Shown here: piece after piece, positions 29,001 to 40,912 of the stretch
Numbering within the stretch: the first letter of the stretch is position 1
How the letters are laid out: the number at the start of each line of letters is the position of its first letter
Assembly (NCBI GenBank): GCA_051362555.1
Contig: CM120641.1
Coordinates: 43,654,401 to 43,718,400 of the forward strand
DNA: 64,000 bases
Direction: 5' to 3'
From: Lingula anatina
Lineage: Eukaryota > Animalia > Brachiopoda
The notes under the pieces: model-generated
Database searches by the model: none
What the model was told of the DNA's origin: nothing
Seen by the model: only the letters and a program-made list of their open reading frames with translations
Made by a program: the position numbers and the translations under genes

Positions 29001-30493
29001 CACCTGCCATGGCCAACTGCCTGAAATGGCCTCGGTTCCACCCACAATACGGTTGTTTCCAAGCTTAGCGTCTATAGCAGGCGTGCCGCAGCTTCCTTTG
29101 TTTACCGTTAATGACGAAGAGCCCATATTTTGATGATGTTAACAATATGTTACCCAATGTTAAGTAACGCACAAATAGTCAAATGCCAACGCAATTTAAT
29201 GAAAAGAAAATCCGAATGTTTAAATGATGTCTATCTGACGTCGAATTTGCATTACCGTGTAAATTTCCTTTTTCGTTTTTCAACGTCTAATGAGTTTTAA
29301 ATTAAGTCAATGACTTTTAGTAAATTCAAATGAAGATCAAGGGGCAGCGAATGAAGCCGGGCACTAAATTTTGTATGGCGTTATAGGTGAAATGTTCCCG
29401 CCAAGCGGCCAAATTTCACTCTTCAAGTCGTTATAAAGTAATTTCATTTATACTTCCATTAGGAAGCTTATCTGTCTACTTACTTGGTGGATCCACGACA
29501 GTGTATCTGATAGAGAACCCACTTTCCACCTCCGAACGGTCACTGGTGAATGTCAGGTAGAGGGCGTTGCCTGTGGTCGAGATCTCGTTTGGAGTACCCT
29601 TCCCGCAGTAATTCTTGATGAGTCTGGCGCTGGTTGAACTGCCGTCGTAGACAGAGAGTTTGTCGAACCGGCAGCTGGTGCCACCCTCTTCTACAGCAAA
29701 GGCCAGGAAAGTGAGCTTGATGATCTTGCCGGCTGGGGCAGTGATTTTCCATTTACAGTTAGCACTGGTCAAAGAAGAAGCACGATATCAGCTGCCTGCA
29801 TTTACTTTTATATAAGTCCAGGTATATATATCAGTTTCGCAACTATGGTTTCATAAAAATAACTTGTACTCATGAAAGAAATATACAAGCATGGAAATAT
29901 GGAAGCATGGATCGCTATTCTGTTTTTATAGCCATAGTTCCATCTCATTTGATAGACTAGTTTCAGAACCAACCCGGGACAGCTTTTTAATTTTCAATTT
30001 TTCATACATCCCAACCTCCTGCGCATGAACGTTTGTCGCGCTACACACTTATGCTTTCTACGGAGCAACAAAATCTGGATGAGTGGATGCGCAGTAAATT
30101 TCATGCTAATTTGGCGCATAGGGTAAGAGTCCGATAAGCATGCATTTATGCAGATCTTAAAATAAACACGTAGACTAACGCCTGGACCATGCACCGGGTG
30201 TTCAGAGTACTCACTATCAACCTGATACTTACTTGTTGTTGTAATTACCAGTTCCGTAATTGAGAGATTTGATGAGTCCAGTTGTACCTGTGAGGTCACG
30301 GTTCCCGCCGCACCCAGACTGGATGGACGTGGGTCTGGCAGTAGTGATTACTAGTCAAGAAAATAGATAAACATTTTCATAAAATCAATATTTAATACCG
30401 ATTTGGAGGCACATTTTTATTGTGTGAAATCCACATATTTCTATTCTGTAATCTATCTATCATCATTTCAATAAAATTTCCGCGTTTTTTACA
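24601..30493. repeat. Segmental duplication copy A (paralogous to 36370-42718)
   Basis: Colinear similarity in exons, introns and flank, from ACTATCACACAATCTGAAAAA (24601/36370) to CGCGTTTTTTA (about 30491/42715), with several indels. Confidence 0.9.
26091..26428. mobile_element. TTAA-TSD MITE (Kolobok/piggyBac-like), copy 2
   Basis: TTAA|AGGGATAATAAC ... GTTATTATTCCT|TTAA. The paralogous site near 37706 is empty, with a single TTAA (AACAATTAAATAATCTCACTGG). Confidence 0.85.
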
Positions 30494-31298
30494 GACTGAT
30501 AACATACTGGCACATGTCATAACCTGTCCCTCTCGCTTGATGTGGTATCCATTGTTGCAAACACATATATATTCCTGTCCTCCGCGCGCATCACAGCTAC
30601 AGTAGGCTCCGGTTCGACATTTGCTTCCACAACGGGTCGCCGGCGCTGGCTGGTATTCAAACTTTTGTTGGCCTGCGAAAGAAATGATAAGAACAGGACG
30701 TAAGTTTGGTTACTCAAACTTGTGAGTTGATCATCACCCGAAAACGTGAGTTAGTGCAAAACATCACACGTATCTGGCTAGATTTGGCTAATTGAGGATG
30801 TGTGCCAAGATTTCGACAGCTGTTTTGGAAAAAAATTAATAATTATTTTTATTCAAAACGCAATTAACGCAAATATTGTACAGAAAATATAAAAATTATG
30901 CGGTTGTTTTAACTACAAATATATTATGAGTTCTGAAGCAAATGCATCTATTATAATCATAAATCAGTAAATCCCATTATGCCCGTCTAGCAAACTGACA
31001 ACGATATCATGTGTAAAAACGGCGTGAAAACTCACCCTTGTGAAAATATCGAGCTATGTCCCGAAATTGTTTGAATGTTTTAATGTCATATACTAACTTC
31101 TTCCCATTTTTGTCTGATGATGACAGGTCGTTTAAATTGCTTTTCTGCCACCTAGTGAAATACGCAAAAAAATCTTTCAAGACAAAATCAATAATAAATA
31201 GTATATTCTTCCTTCTCCAATCGAAGAATTACCGGAGTGTTGTGGCGAATTGATTTTAGGGGAAACATGACTCGGGTTGACTGGTAAAAGATAAATCA

Positions 31299-31341
<43 letters not shown>

Positions 31342-32294
31342 GCAGGTTCTTTATGTCGCACGGAAGAGGAGAATCGGTTTGTGTCCGCCTTGAAGTCAAA
31401 CCCTGTTGAAAACCTGCCGTTTTTCACAAATTTTATGGTAGCGTATTTTTCAAGATTTTCGACAAAAGAAAATGCTACAAACGGCCGATTTGGGCGCAAA
31501 CTACTCCCTATTAGCAACGCGACTACCGTACTCAACCGAGTCATTAACACTGACTTAATCTCGCGTGAAAAGTGGAGAGTTATACTGATATATCAGGTAA
31601 AAATGACACTCACCGCCCCATTCCAACAGCAACAAACTCAACATTGCCCTTCTTCATATGATCCACAAGGAGTTTCGGGTCACCACCGATGTTCCAATGT
31701 CCATCGTTTAGTAGAAATACAACCTGAAATTTTCAAATAACTAGATTGTTAATTTAAACAGCATCTCAAAATATTGAAAGCATCTCATACGGGCATAATC
31801 TTCATTATTTACATTTGGAGTCGATGTAAGAAAGCTTGAGAGTGGTACAGGTGGATATTTTTGAGCCACTATGTCCAGGTAGTAATTGTACAAAGTGAAT
31901 GTCGTTTTGGGCTTAGACATTTTTGTCTATGTTTTGGGGAAGTAACGCGAGGAATGGATTTTGTAAGTCGATGCAACTGTTTCACGAACAAGCCAAACCA
32001 CGGAAGCAACACTGATAGGCGGATTGATCAACAACATTACTCTTTAATTAATTAAGCATAAAATATATGTCATTTTCTCAATACATACCTGTAGAGCACC
32101 ACGGCCAGTATACCGCGCTCGGTCTAAATCCTGCTTTGCCAGGTAGAGCGCTTGATATATGTTGCTCATGCCTCCCCGATTGCGCACCTGGCCGAGCCTC
32201 GTTATGAACTCGCATTTGTCCGACATCTCGTTCAAACTAATGTGGACCCTGGCGTCGGTTCCAAATGTGATAATGCCGACCTAAGCAATAAAAT

Positions 32295-32325
<31 letters not shown>

Positions 32326-33622
32326 TTTGAAAAGAAACAGTGGGTCATACAACCTCCTCCCTCATAGCTTTGGATGTACCCATCCTTCTCTTTACTAAAA
32401 CAGAATAAGGACCAGAACGAAGCAATAACATGCCAATTACTCGTTACTGCACCTTACATGGTAAAGCAGAATTGCCCTCCTCTCCAATTTTATATTTGCT
32501 GAGTCATGCCAGGCAAAAAATCTTTTTTTTTTTTTTTTTTTTTTTTGCCTTTCACCCTGGCAAAATCCTGGATCTCTGGTATCAAAAATAAATTTTCTGT
32601 TAACCGAAGTTCTGAGTACTCAAGGTTTACTTCACCTAACCTCTTTTAAATAGATAAAAAAAGATAAACACGCGCCTAACACGTTAGAAGGTGTGTTTTC
32701 CAACACTTTTAGCAAGTTTGAAGTCTAGCTATCCAATCAGTTGCCGTACCTGAATCTTTTTTATGGAATAAAGTAACTATCTTGAAGTAAAAGAAAAACC
32801 CACCTTTGTATATAGATATGCTTTGCTATGCTATGCTCCTTAATAAATAATTTATTTATGGATATCTTATCTAAACCGGACTAACACCCCCATTTTATGG
32901 AATGACATCAATCGTACTATATATTGAAAGTTTCGTATACTTTCTTCGCCCCCCCCCCCCGCGCCATCCCCTTTCTTCCAAACAGTATAATATGAAGACC
33001 AAAATAAAATCAATTTTGAAGTAAAAGAAAAACCCTCCTTTGTACCCATAGATATGTTTTGCTATGCTATGCTCCTAAATAAATTTATTTATTTATTTTT
33101 TCTCTTTTTCACAAACGCACATACACACATACCAAGCAATTTGCATCCATTTTCTCTTTCCCAGATGTCCCTGTCCTCAATCAACCATGCCATCCACCTA
33201 CTGACAAACACACGCGCACACCCACACACACATTTCATACTATATATTTAAAGTTCCTTATTCTTTCTTCAACCCCCCCCCCCCCCCAACTCCACCTTTC
33301 TTCCACCTAGTATGATATAAAGGCCATACTCTACCTGCGTGTACTGTGGCGCCACACTGAAATGTTCCAATATGTTCCTGATAAACTCCAACTCCGACTT
33401 GAAATCTTCCTCGGAAACGCTGTTAGACTCGTCTACCAGAAATATAAGGTCCACCACCTCCCTCGCCCGCCTGGAGGCGTAGTTCATGCTTCCCAGCATC
33501 TGATTTCCAATACTCTGGACCGTGGATAGGCCATTGCACCTGCAGAGTGGCCGGTCTGAATAAAACAGGATGACTATTGCCGCTACCAAACGGAAACATT
33601 CGATGTTCATTTTAAGGGCCAT
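26579..33622 (-). CDS. Predicted chimeric secreted protease: signal peptide - vWA - EGF-like Cys-rich - CUB - trypsin-like serine protease, about 674 aa
   Basis: Twelve exons: 33622-33335, 32280-32089, 31723-31614, 31151-31036, 30672-30508, 30350-30233, 29764-29484, 29095-28912, 28668-28412, 27819-27674, 26951-26867, 26661-26579. All are GT-AG and phase-compatible, totalling 2025 nt with no internal stop. Motifs: v[29 protein letters not shown]; Cys-rich [29 protein letters not shown]; CUB; R|IVGG, TAAHC, DNDI, DACQGDSGGP. The domains are clear; joining the two halves in one transcript is inferred. Confidence 0.8.
31299..31341. repeat. (AAT)n microsatellite (similar tracts at 25992-26030 and 42475-42516)
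   Basis: Read directly. Confidence 0.9.
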
Positions 33623-34172
33623 CTTACGAATTGCCTTCCAAGTTTTCTATGGACAGACGAACGTCAAATAAATCAGTGTATTTGTCCTATATTCTAATAG
33701 CTGTCACGGGGCTCCAGTCTATTTCCCTCAAACAGCTTAAATGCAAGAAGAGAATTGAAACCTTTCAGTCAGTATATGTAGTAAACGCGATTTCAAATGG
33801 ACTCGCAATATCAGCCGTCTCTTATAAAGACAGCCCATCCAGTATTGCGCAAAAATGTTGGGTTTAGCTTAAAAAATAGGTCCGGGTTTGGAGAACTGGC
33901 CCCGAGCAGTTGGCCAATCAAACAGAAGATGCAATTGCCCCCTGGAAGAAGGGGAGACGGTTGGTACAGGGGGCTCCAAAAAGTTGACTTGGCAATTAAA
34001 CTTCGGGGAAGAGGTTTAATCCGCTTATTGGCGCGTGTGGAGACGGGGAATCCATCAGGGGATTAGTCGACATTGCTTTTAAGTGGGTCGGCCATATTTG
34101 ACCTGTGGATCTGTCGACGTCCAATGGAGACAGCTGCATGACCGAGATTGACAGTGAAGTAGTGTACTGGCT

Positions 34173-34275
34173 GGTTCCGTGGCTCAGTTGGTAGAGTTCT
34201 CGCACGCGGCGTGAACGTTCTGTCCACCACCCCTATACGACCTGAGAGGCGAGCTTCCAACTTCTCACGGCCCCA
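34173..34275 (+). other. tRNA-like element (tRNA-derived SINE head or tRNA pseudogene)
   Basis: GGTTCCGTGGCTCAGTTGGTAGAG contains a Pol III A-box/D-arm. The T-arm is degenerate (GAGCTTCCAACTTC), and the 3' CACGGCCCCA partly pairs with the 5' end. The middle region is too long and non-canonical for a functional tRNA. Confidence 0.5.
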
Positions 34276-34347
34276 CATATAGGAGACACAAATGTAGAAA
34301 TTATCAACAAAGAATATAAAAAGAATATATATTTTGCTTATCATTTT

Positions 34348-34888
34348 AAAATATGTCCTTTGCAATAAAGGTAAAGTTTCTTTGTCGTGTTTGGCGTTCA
34401 GAATGAACATCGAGATTCGCTTCGTTAGAATATATTGGAATAAATATAATTGTAATACATGTATTCCTTAGATGAGAGAATAGTAATAAAAAGGAAAACG
34501 TGAGAGTGATTTGTTTAATTTGTTTTGTTGTTTCTATGCGTTCAGTTACGTGTACCGTATGTCCACAGAGTTGAGATTTAAACTGTGAATATTATGCTTA
34601 TAACTTCGGTTGAAATTGTAAGATAAATGAGGCGAGAAAAGTGCTTTGTTTACAAATACGTCCTGTTTTATCTTCAATAAAAATATGATTTAGTTAATAT
34701 TTGCTTGTGAAAACGTCAAGCAAAATAAGTCAATGACGCCTAGAAAATTCAACATTCTATGCACGGTCGAAGTCTTGCCTGTTGTCATTCCGTTTAATAA
34801 ACCAAAGACCAATTTTAGCATCACTGATTTACTTTCACTGGTTCACATAAGGTAATATTGCGAGTTAATTAAGCTACATTTAGCTTAT
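34348..34888. repeat. Third, partial copy of the duplicated flank (near-identical to 25174-25718)
   Basis: AAAATATGTCCTTTGCAATAAAGGTAAAGTTTCTTTGTCGTGTTTGGCGTTCAGAA... through GAGTTAATTAAGCTAC..TAGCTTAT. It shares indel states with copy A rather than with about 36820-37275. Confidence 0.9.
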
Positions 34889-37855
34889 ATTTTGTTTATC
34901 ATTTTAAGACGTTTGATAACGTTGAAGGGTTAAATAATTCACGTCAGCGTAATAAAACATTAAAACGAACTGAAAACAATCAATTCTGGCTATTTAGCTA
35001 TATTTTAAATATCTTCAAGTGTTAATCTAAGCGACATTGTATTAAACAAAGCTTTAAACACATAAATCATAATTGCGTATTTACTGAAAAGCCAAATTAT
35101 GTTTTCTGCTTTCGCTTTTGCTTGCGTTTAAATAAGCCAGCATGCTGGAATGAGATCCGCAAAATCCGGGTTTACAGTTTCACGTGTTGGAAACGGGTTT
35201 CATAGAAGAAACTACCGTAAGTCGTAAAATAATCTTGACTTTTCAACGGAGAGCGTGTGTATACATTGATTTAAGATAAGTTTACTTAAGTAAAGCTACA
35301 AGCGATTCTTAAGCCTGCTTTAAAAATATGAGAAATGAAAAATGAGTCAAAATAACCTTATTTTCGTGGAGTACTTTAGATACACATGTGATTAAAATAA
35401 ACTATAATTTTCTGTTTTCTAGTCCTTATTTGAAGGCGGGTCCTGTTGATATTATAGGGGCTTGGAAACTTGATTCTGTAATTATAGCTGAGAAAGAAAA
35501 ATAAAAAACGAAAGACATACACCAGAGACTTGACATGTGTTAGTGCTTATCGAACTCCTGTTTCCTGCAGACTTTTGGAGAATCGTGTTGTACTGGCAGT
35601 AAACAGGATGTGATCACTATGACTTAACTGCACCTTCACAGAGATACATGCATCGAAACAAGCAATTTGTGTATGTGTGTGTGTGTGATTGTGTGTGTGT
35701 TTAAGTATGAAGGCTGAAAAGCCGGAAGAAAAGAACAGAGCACATATCCCAGCGCAGACACAACAATAGTTTTTAAAAGTTACAAAGGAAATAAGTTTAC
35801 ATGTCCGGTGAAATAGTTGTCGTGGATGAAATGGAGCGTACCCTAAAATTCAGGGCTCAGTATGTTTTACTGTTTTAATAATAGATATCAAAGATGAGAT
35901 TACATTGACCTCTGAAACTGGGGGTGGATGGTTGGGTGCACAGAATCCAGGCGCACGTCCAACAACATTATATTCAAAAACTCACGAAAAAGAAAACAGT
36001 AGGCCTAAGTCTTGCGAAAGAGTTCCCAAAATGCACTTTTAATATCTAACAGAAAAGATAAATAGGTAACCTAGTTTTGAGGCCACAATTAGTCAATAGT
36101 TTTAGGCGGATATTGCATAGTTACTTTTAATCAAGATCCCAATGCCATTTTAATTATTATTTTGGAAATTGATTCCTCAACTGCACGTTTCGCAGGCGGG
36201 GTTAATTTTTGTAGATCCGTTTTCGTTAAAACTTGGTCGATAAAACCGACAAACTTGCAAACTCCTGTAGGGATGAGATAATGCCCAAAAGATACTAAAA
36301 TATTCGTCAATATATAAAAAATAAACTTTTCCTTGATAATACAAAGGACGGGGTGGTGTCATTTGTCTGACTATCACACAATCTGAAAAATGGATTGAAC
36401 TCTCCGTGAATAAAAGTTCCCACTTTTAATTCATAAAGGTTCAACAATGTAGGGTTGACTATCTAAAACTGCAAGTATAACTATCGACTTATTTCAATGT
36501 AATACCCTTTCATTTTTCAACACAAACAAGCATACCGTTACCAGTGTAATCACGTATGTATTACTTATCTGTCAGTTACCCCTCGCTCCACACAACTTGG
36601 AAGTTCAAAAGTGTATAAAAAACTATGAAATTTACTCTAAAATATATTGCATAGCCCTTAAATACAAGATACATTTTGAATATGCTGTTCACATTGTCAA
36701 GGATAACTTAACTTAAGGAGGACTTAAACGTACAGGGGTACATGTCAACAAACATTTAACATTGATTTTTATGCCTTCGATCTTCTATTATTCTTAACTG
36801 TGGTTTTGGATGGTGATTGAAAAATGTGCCCTTTGCAATAAAGGTAATATTTCTTTGTCGTGCTTGGCGTTAAGAACTTGTGGAAAACGAACATTGGGCT
36901 TCACCTTAGTAGAATTTAGTGGAATAAATATATTTGTAATACATGTATTCCATAGATGAGAGAATAGTAATAAAAAGGAAAACTTGAGAGTGTTTTGCAT
37001 TTGTTTTGTTATTTCTATGCGTTCAGTTACACGTAGCATAAGGCCGCAGAGCTGAGATTTAAACTGTGAATATTATGCTAATAACTTCGACTGAAATTGT
37101 AAGATAAATGAGGCGAGGAAAGTGCTTTGTTATATGCCCGTTAACTACGACACCTACATTACAAATACGTTCTGTATTACCTTCAATAAAATACATAATT
37201 TAGTTAATATTTACTTGTGAAAACGTCAAGCAAAATAAGTCAATGGCGACGAGAAAAGTCAATATTTATGCACGGCCTAGGCAACTAAGCCAGGGAACTT
37301 AGTCGAGTTTTTTTTGTTTTTTTTTGTGAAACCGGGACCTGGTCTAAAAAACTCACAATAGACCTCCCTGTAAAGACCCAATAGCTCAGGGAACTACTCG
37401 ATTGGTACAGGACTGTTCCTTGTCTGACCGAGTTCGGGTGTCAGTTCGATTTTATTAATTTAAAAAGGTTGTTTTTAAATTTCGGAAATGATAAACTAAA
37501 AGATTTGAGGTTCAATGTACATGCACCGGTAGGAGAAATAAAGTGAGTGGATATATTTTGAGTTTGGAATTTCTGTTTCAGTAACCCTTAAAAATATGTT
37601 TGACATAAATTAGAAGGTGATTATTATTATTATGATCATATTATCATTGCAAGTTGATAAGAAAAAATGTCAATTTCCCAAAGTCAATTCACAAAACAAA
37701 AACAATTAAATAATCTCACTGGCATAGTGTATGGCCAATTTATTTACAGATCTTTTTTAAAAGGTGCTACGCGAAGTCCACCATTATTTTATACGTGAAT
37801 GTATCCTGTAAACCAACATTGATAATCAAAATTCTAGTGCTATCTGTCGTATGAT

Positions 37856-38115
37856 TTATGCCCCATATTGCGTCATTTTCTGCTGGATCCAGTCCAAGTA
37901 GTTGACAACTTTAGTGTACACACCTGGCTTTCTGCGACCTAAATAATACAAATATTTATTTTAAAAAATAAATTAATCCTAATAAAATGATATAAAATAA
38001 AACAAAATAAAATAAATAATATTATTTGAAAGACAAAAAATAATATGTACATGTATGAATATTTTTAATACCATATATATTATACAAAAATATATACTGT
38101 ATATTTACAAATTAT

Positions 38116-38197
<82 letters not shown>

Positions 38198-40875
38198 CAG
38201 TTCCATCACTTACCTGCACAACCTATGCCCCAAGACGTGATACCTTGTAGCTCAAATTTCTCGCCTGACTTGCACACCATGGGCCCACCACTGTCGCCCT
38301 TCAAATATAAATTCAATGATCATAAGTTTGGAACTGAATTCGAAATTATTTTTTCTTTTTGCTCGCTTTCTGTCTGTTTATCTCTCTCTCTCTCTCTTTC
38401 GCGCGCACGCGCTTGATTGTTGAGTGTTGATTTTTGCTTAATTTTTCAGTTAAATTTCAGTGAAAGGTGACTTAGTTCGCCCAAAGTTATAAGTGAAATC
38501 GATTTCACATACGGTATTCGCTTCTCTACAAGCTATCGTGTAACAGTGCCTCAACATAACTAATACTTTTTTTCATCCACAGTCAGCCTTGATATTCTAA
38601 AATCAGCCAGCCCATTCCTCAAACACACAAACACGTGCGATCCAAAACACGCATTTACACACAAACACACACACGTAAATTTCTTCTACGATACACATCC
38701 ATATGTATATATGGCAACGCATGCGCTAATATTTCACAGAATCTCACACCGGCAAACGCACATTACATGCACACACGCTAGCGCAAACAACTTACCTGGC
38801 AAGCATCATGGCCGCCAGCTTCGTAACCAGCGCAGATCATATTGCCGGTGATGTCGCCGTAATACCAGCTGTTACACGTTTGCCTGTTAACAATGGGTAC
38901 CGCTGCTTGCTTCAAGACACCAGAGTTTCCAGTACCTGAATTAAAGCACACAGATATGGATAATTACACATGCGGAAAACTATGCAGAGGGATGTGGATA
39001 AGAACACAGGCAGATGTGGATATGTGGCTCTAAGGCTCTATTCCCAGATTTTAGATCGATCTATCCCCGCGGGGAGTCTCACTAGATTACTGTCAGATAA
39101 TCCGGCTTAAATGTCCGTCCCGCCTACTACAAGCTGTAAGGGGGTAATTAACTTTCGTGTCCGCCCGGGTGACAGCTATTTAGCGTGAACCCCCAGGGAG
39201 CTAGGCCGATCTAAAGTAGGTCGATCTAATCTATGGAAATGGGGTGTTAGGGTGCTTTCCCAGAGATTTAGATCGATCTAAAGATTAAGTTTTAGATCGA
39301 CCTAACTCCCTGGGGGTTCACGCTAAATTGCAGTCAGCCGAGCGGGCACCATAGTTAATTACCCCCTTACAGCTTTTAGTAGGCAGGACAGACGCTTAAG
39401 CCGGCCAAGCTGACAGTAATCTAGTGAGACTCCCCACAGGGATAGATCGATCTAAAAATTTATGGAAATGGGGTGTAAGACGTATATGGGTACATTAGAA
39501 AGACGGATTTGGATGTTTATGCAGGCAGATACATTCGCAGAAGAAATTGAAAATCACGCACACGTGTATGGATAAATACGCAGACGTGTGTGGATAATGC
39601 ACCACTCGCATAATCAAAGTAAATACCTTTAGTATGTTCTGGTTTTTAAAAAAATCTTAATTAATGGCAGCATAATAGGTATATGAACCTACTAAAACTA
39701 GATAGTAAACCCAAACTCGATGCATGACTTGCACGAAAAGTTTCTGGACATTTTAACAATTGTATTTTCAATTTTCAATTGTATTTGAGATTATCTTGGG
39801 CCAAAGTTAATAATACAAAATTTCGTCCATATGTTCAGACCAACTTTGTGTCTACTTTTCTTAATTTAATATAATTATATTACCTTGCACGGCTCCCCAG
39901 CCTGACACGTAACACACAGTGTTATCAGAGACCATGGTCGTGGGCAGACAGACGGGGTGGACACGGTCAGAGAGAGTGACCGGCTTGGCCAGCTTGAAGA
40001 GAGTGATGTCATTGTCCGTGGTGGCGTCGTCGTAATTCTCATGGGGGATCAGCGTCTGAACCTGGACAACCTCCTCGTCAGGGTCGTTGTACTTTCTGTG
40101 TTTTCCGGCGGAGATGGACCAGTACCTCGGACTCAAGCTCCTGAAACAATTCAATGATATGATGAACAACAGTCAGGATATAACCACAGAGAAGAAATGT
40201 CCAAGATTATACATGTACTGGTACATTTAGATGCAACTGTGTTTAGTATTGGTTTCGCTTCCCTTACTGATGATTAATGGGACCGTATTTAGATTGAAGT
40301 TGTGTTTTATTCGGTCAAAAAACTGTTTCGAAAATATTTTCCATCCGCGAGCAATGATTATTGTGTTCCTGCATGCATGTGTGTCAAATGTATGTGTAAC
40401 AGAATATATAAAAAAAGAACCGCGTAGTGACCGACTGTTATACCAAAAAAAAATAAATGCTTACGAATCTTCCAAACAATGAGCGGCAGTAGCGACCCAC
40501 TGGTCAGAGATCAGACTTCCACCACAGATGTGCGAGCCTCTATAACGCACGGACACTTGCCATGGCCAACTGCCTGAATTGGCCTCGGTTCCACCCACAA
40601 TACGGTTGTTTCCAAGCTTAGCGTCTATAGCAGGAGTGCCGCAGCTTCCTTTGTTTACTATAAATGTCGAAGAGCCCACATTTTGATGACGCTGACAATA
40701 TGTCACTCAAGGATAAGTAACACACAAATAGTCAAATACATGTACCAACGCATTTAAATGAAAAGAAAAACGGAATGTTTTGGTGTATACCCTAGCTTAT
40801 GGTTAAACAGATTTTTCAAAGTTTGTACTTAATACGACTGATGACTACCCATCTTAAGGTTTATTCACTCACCAC

Positions 40876-40912
<37 letters not shown>

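Noticed and set aside
26579-30350. Interpreting protease copy A as a truncated pseudogene
   Set aside because: It has no stops or frameshifts, splice sites and catalytic residues are intact, all indels preserve frame, and an in-frame upstream exon set with a start codon exists. Expression is still unproven.
30517-30717. ORF-track peptide MSNQTYV...RRRPVVEAN
   Set aside because: Wrong frame. The exon (30672-30508) reads in the Cys-rich frame required by the phase-1 splice sites.
34173-34275. Functional tRNA gene
   Set aside because: The T-loop/B-box is degenerate, the acceptor stem is mismatched, and there is no clear anticodon arm.
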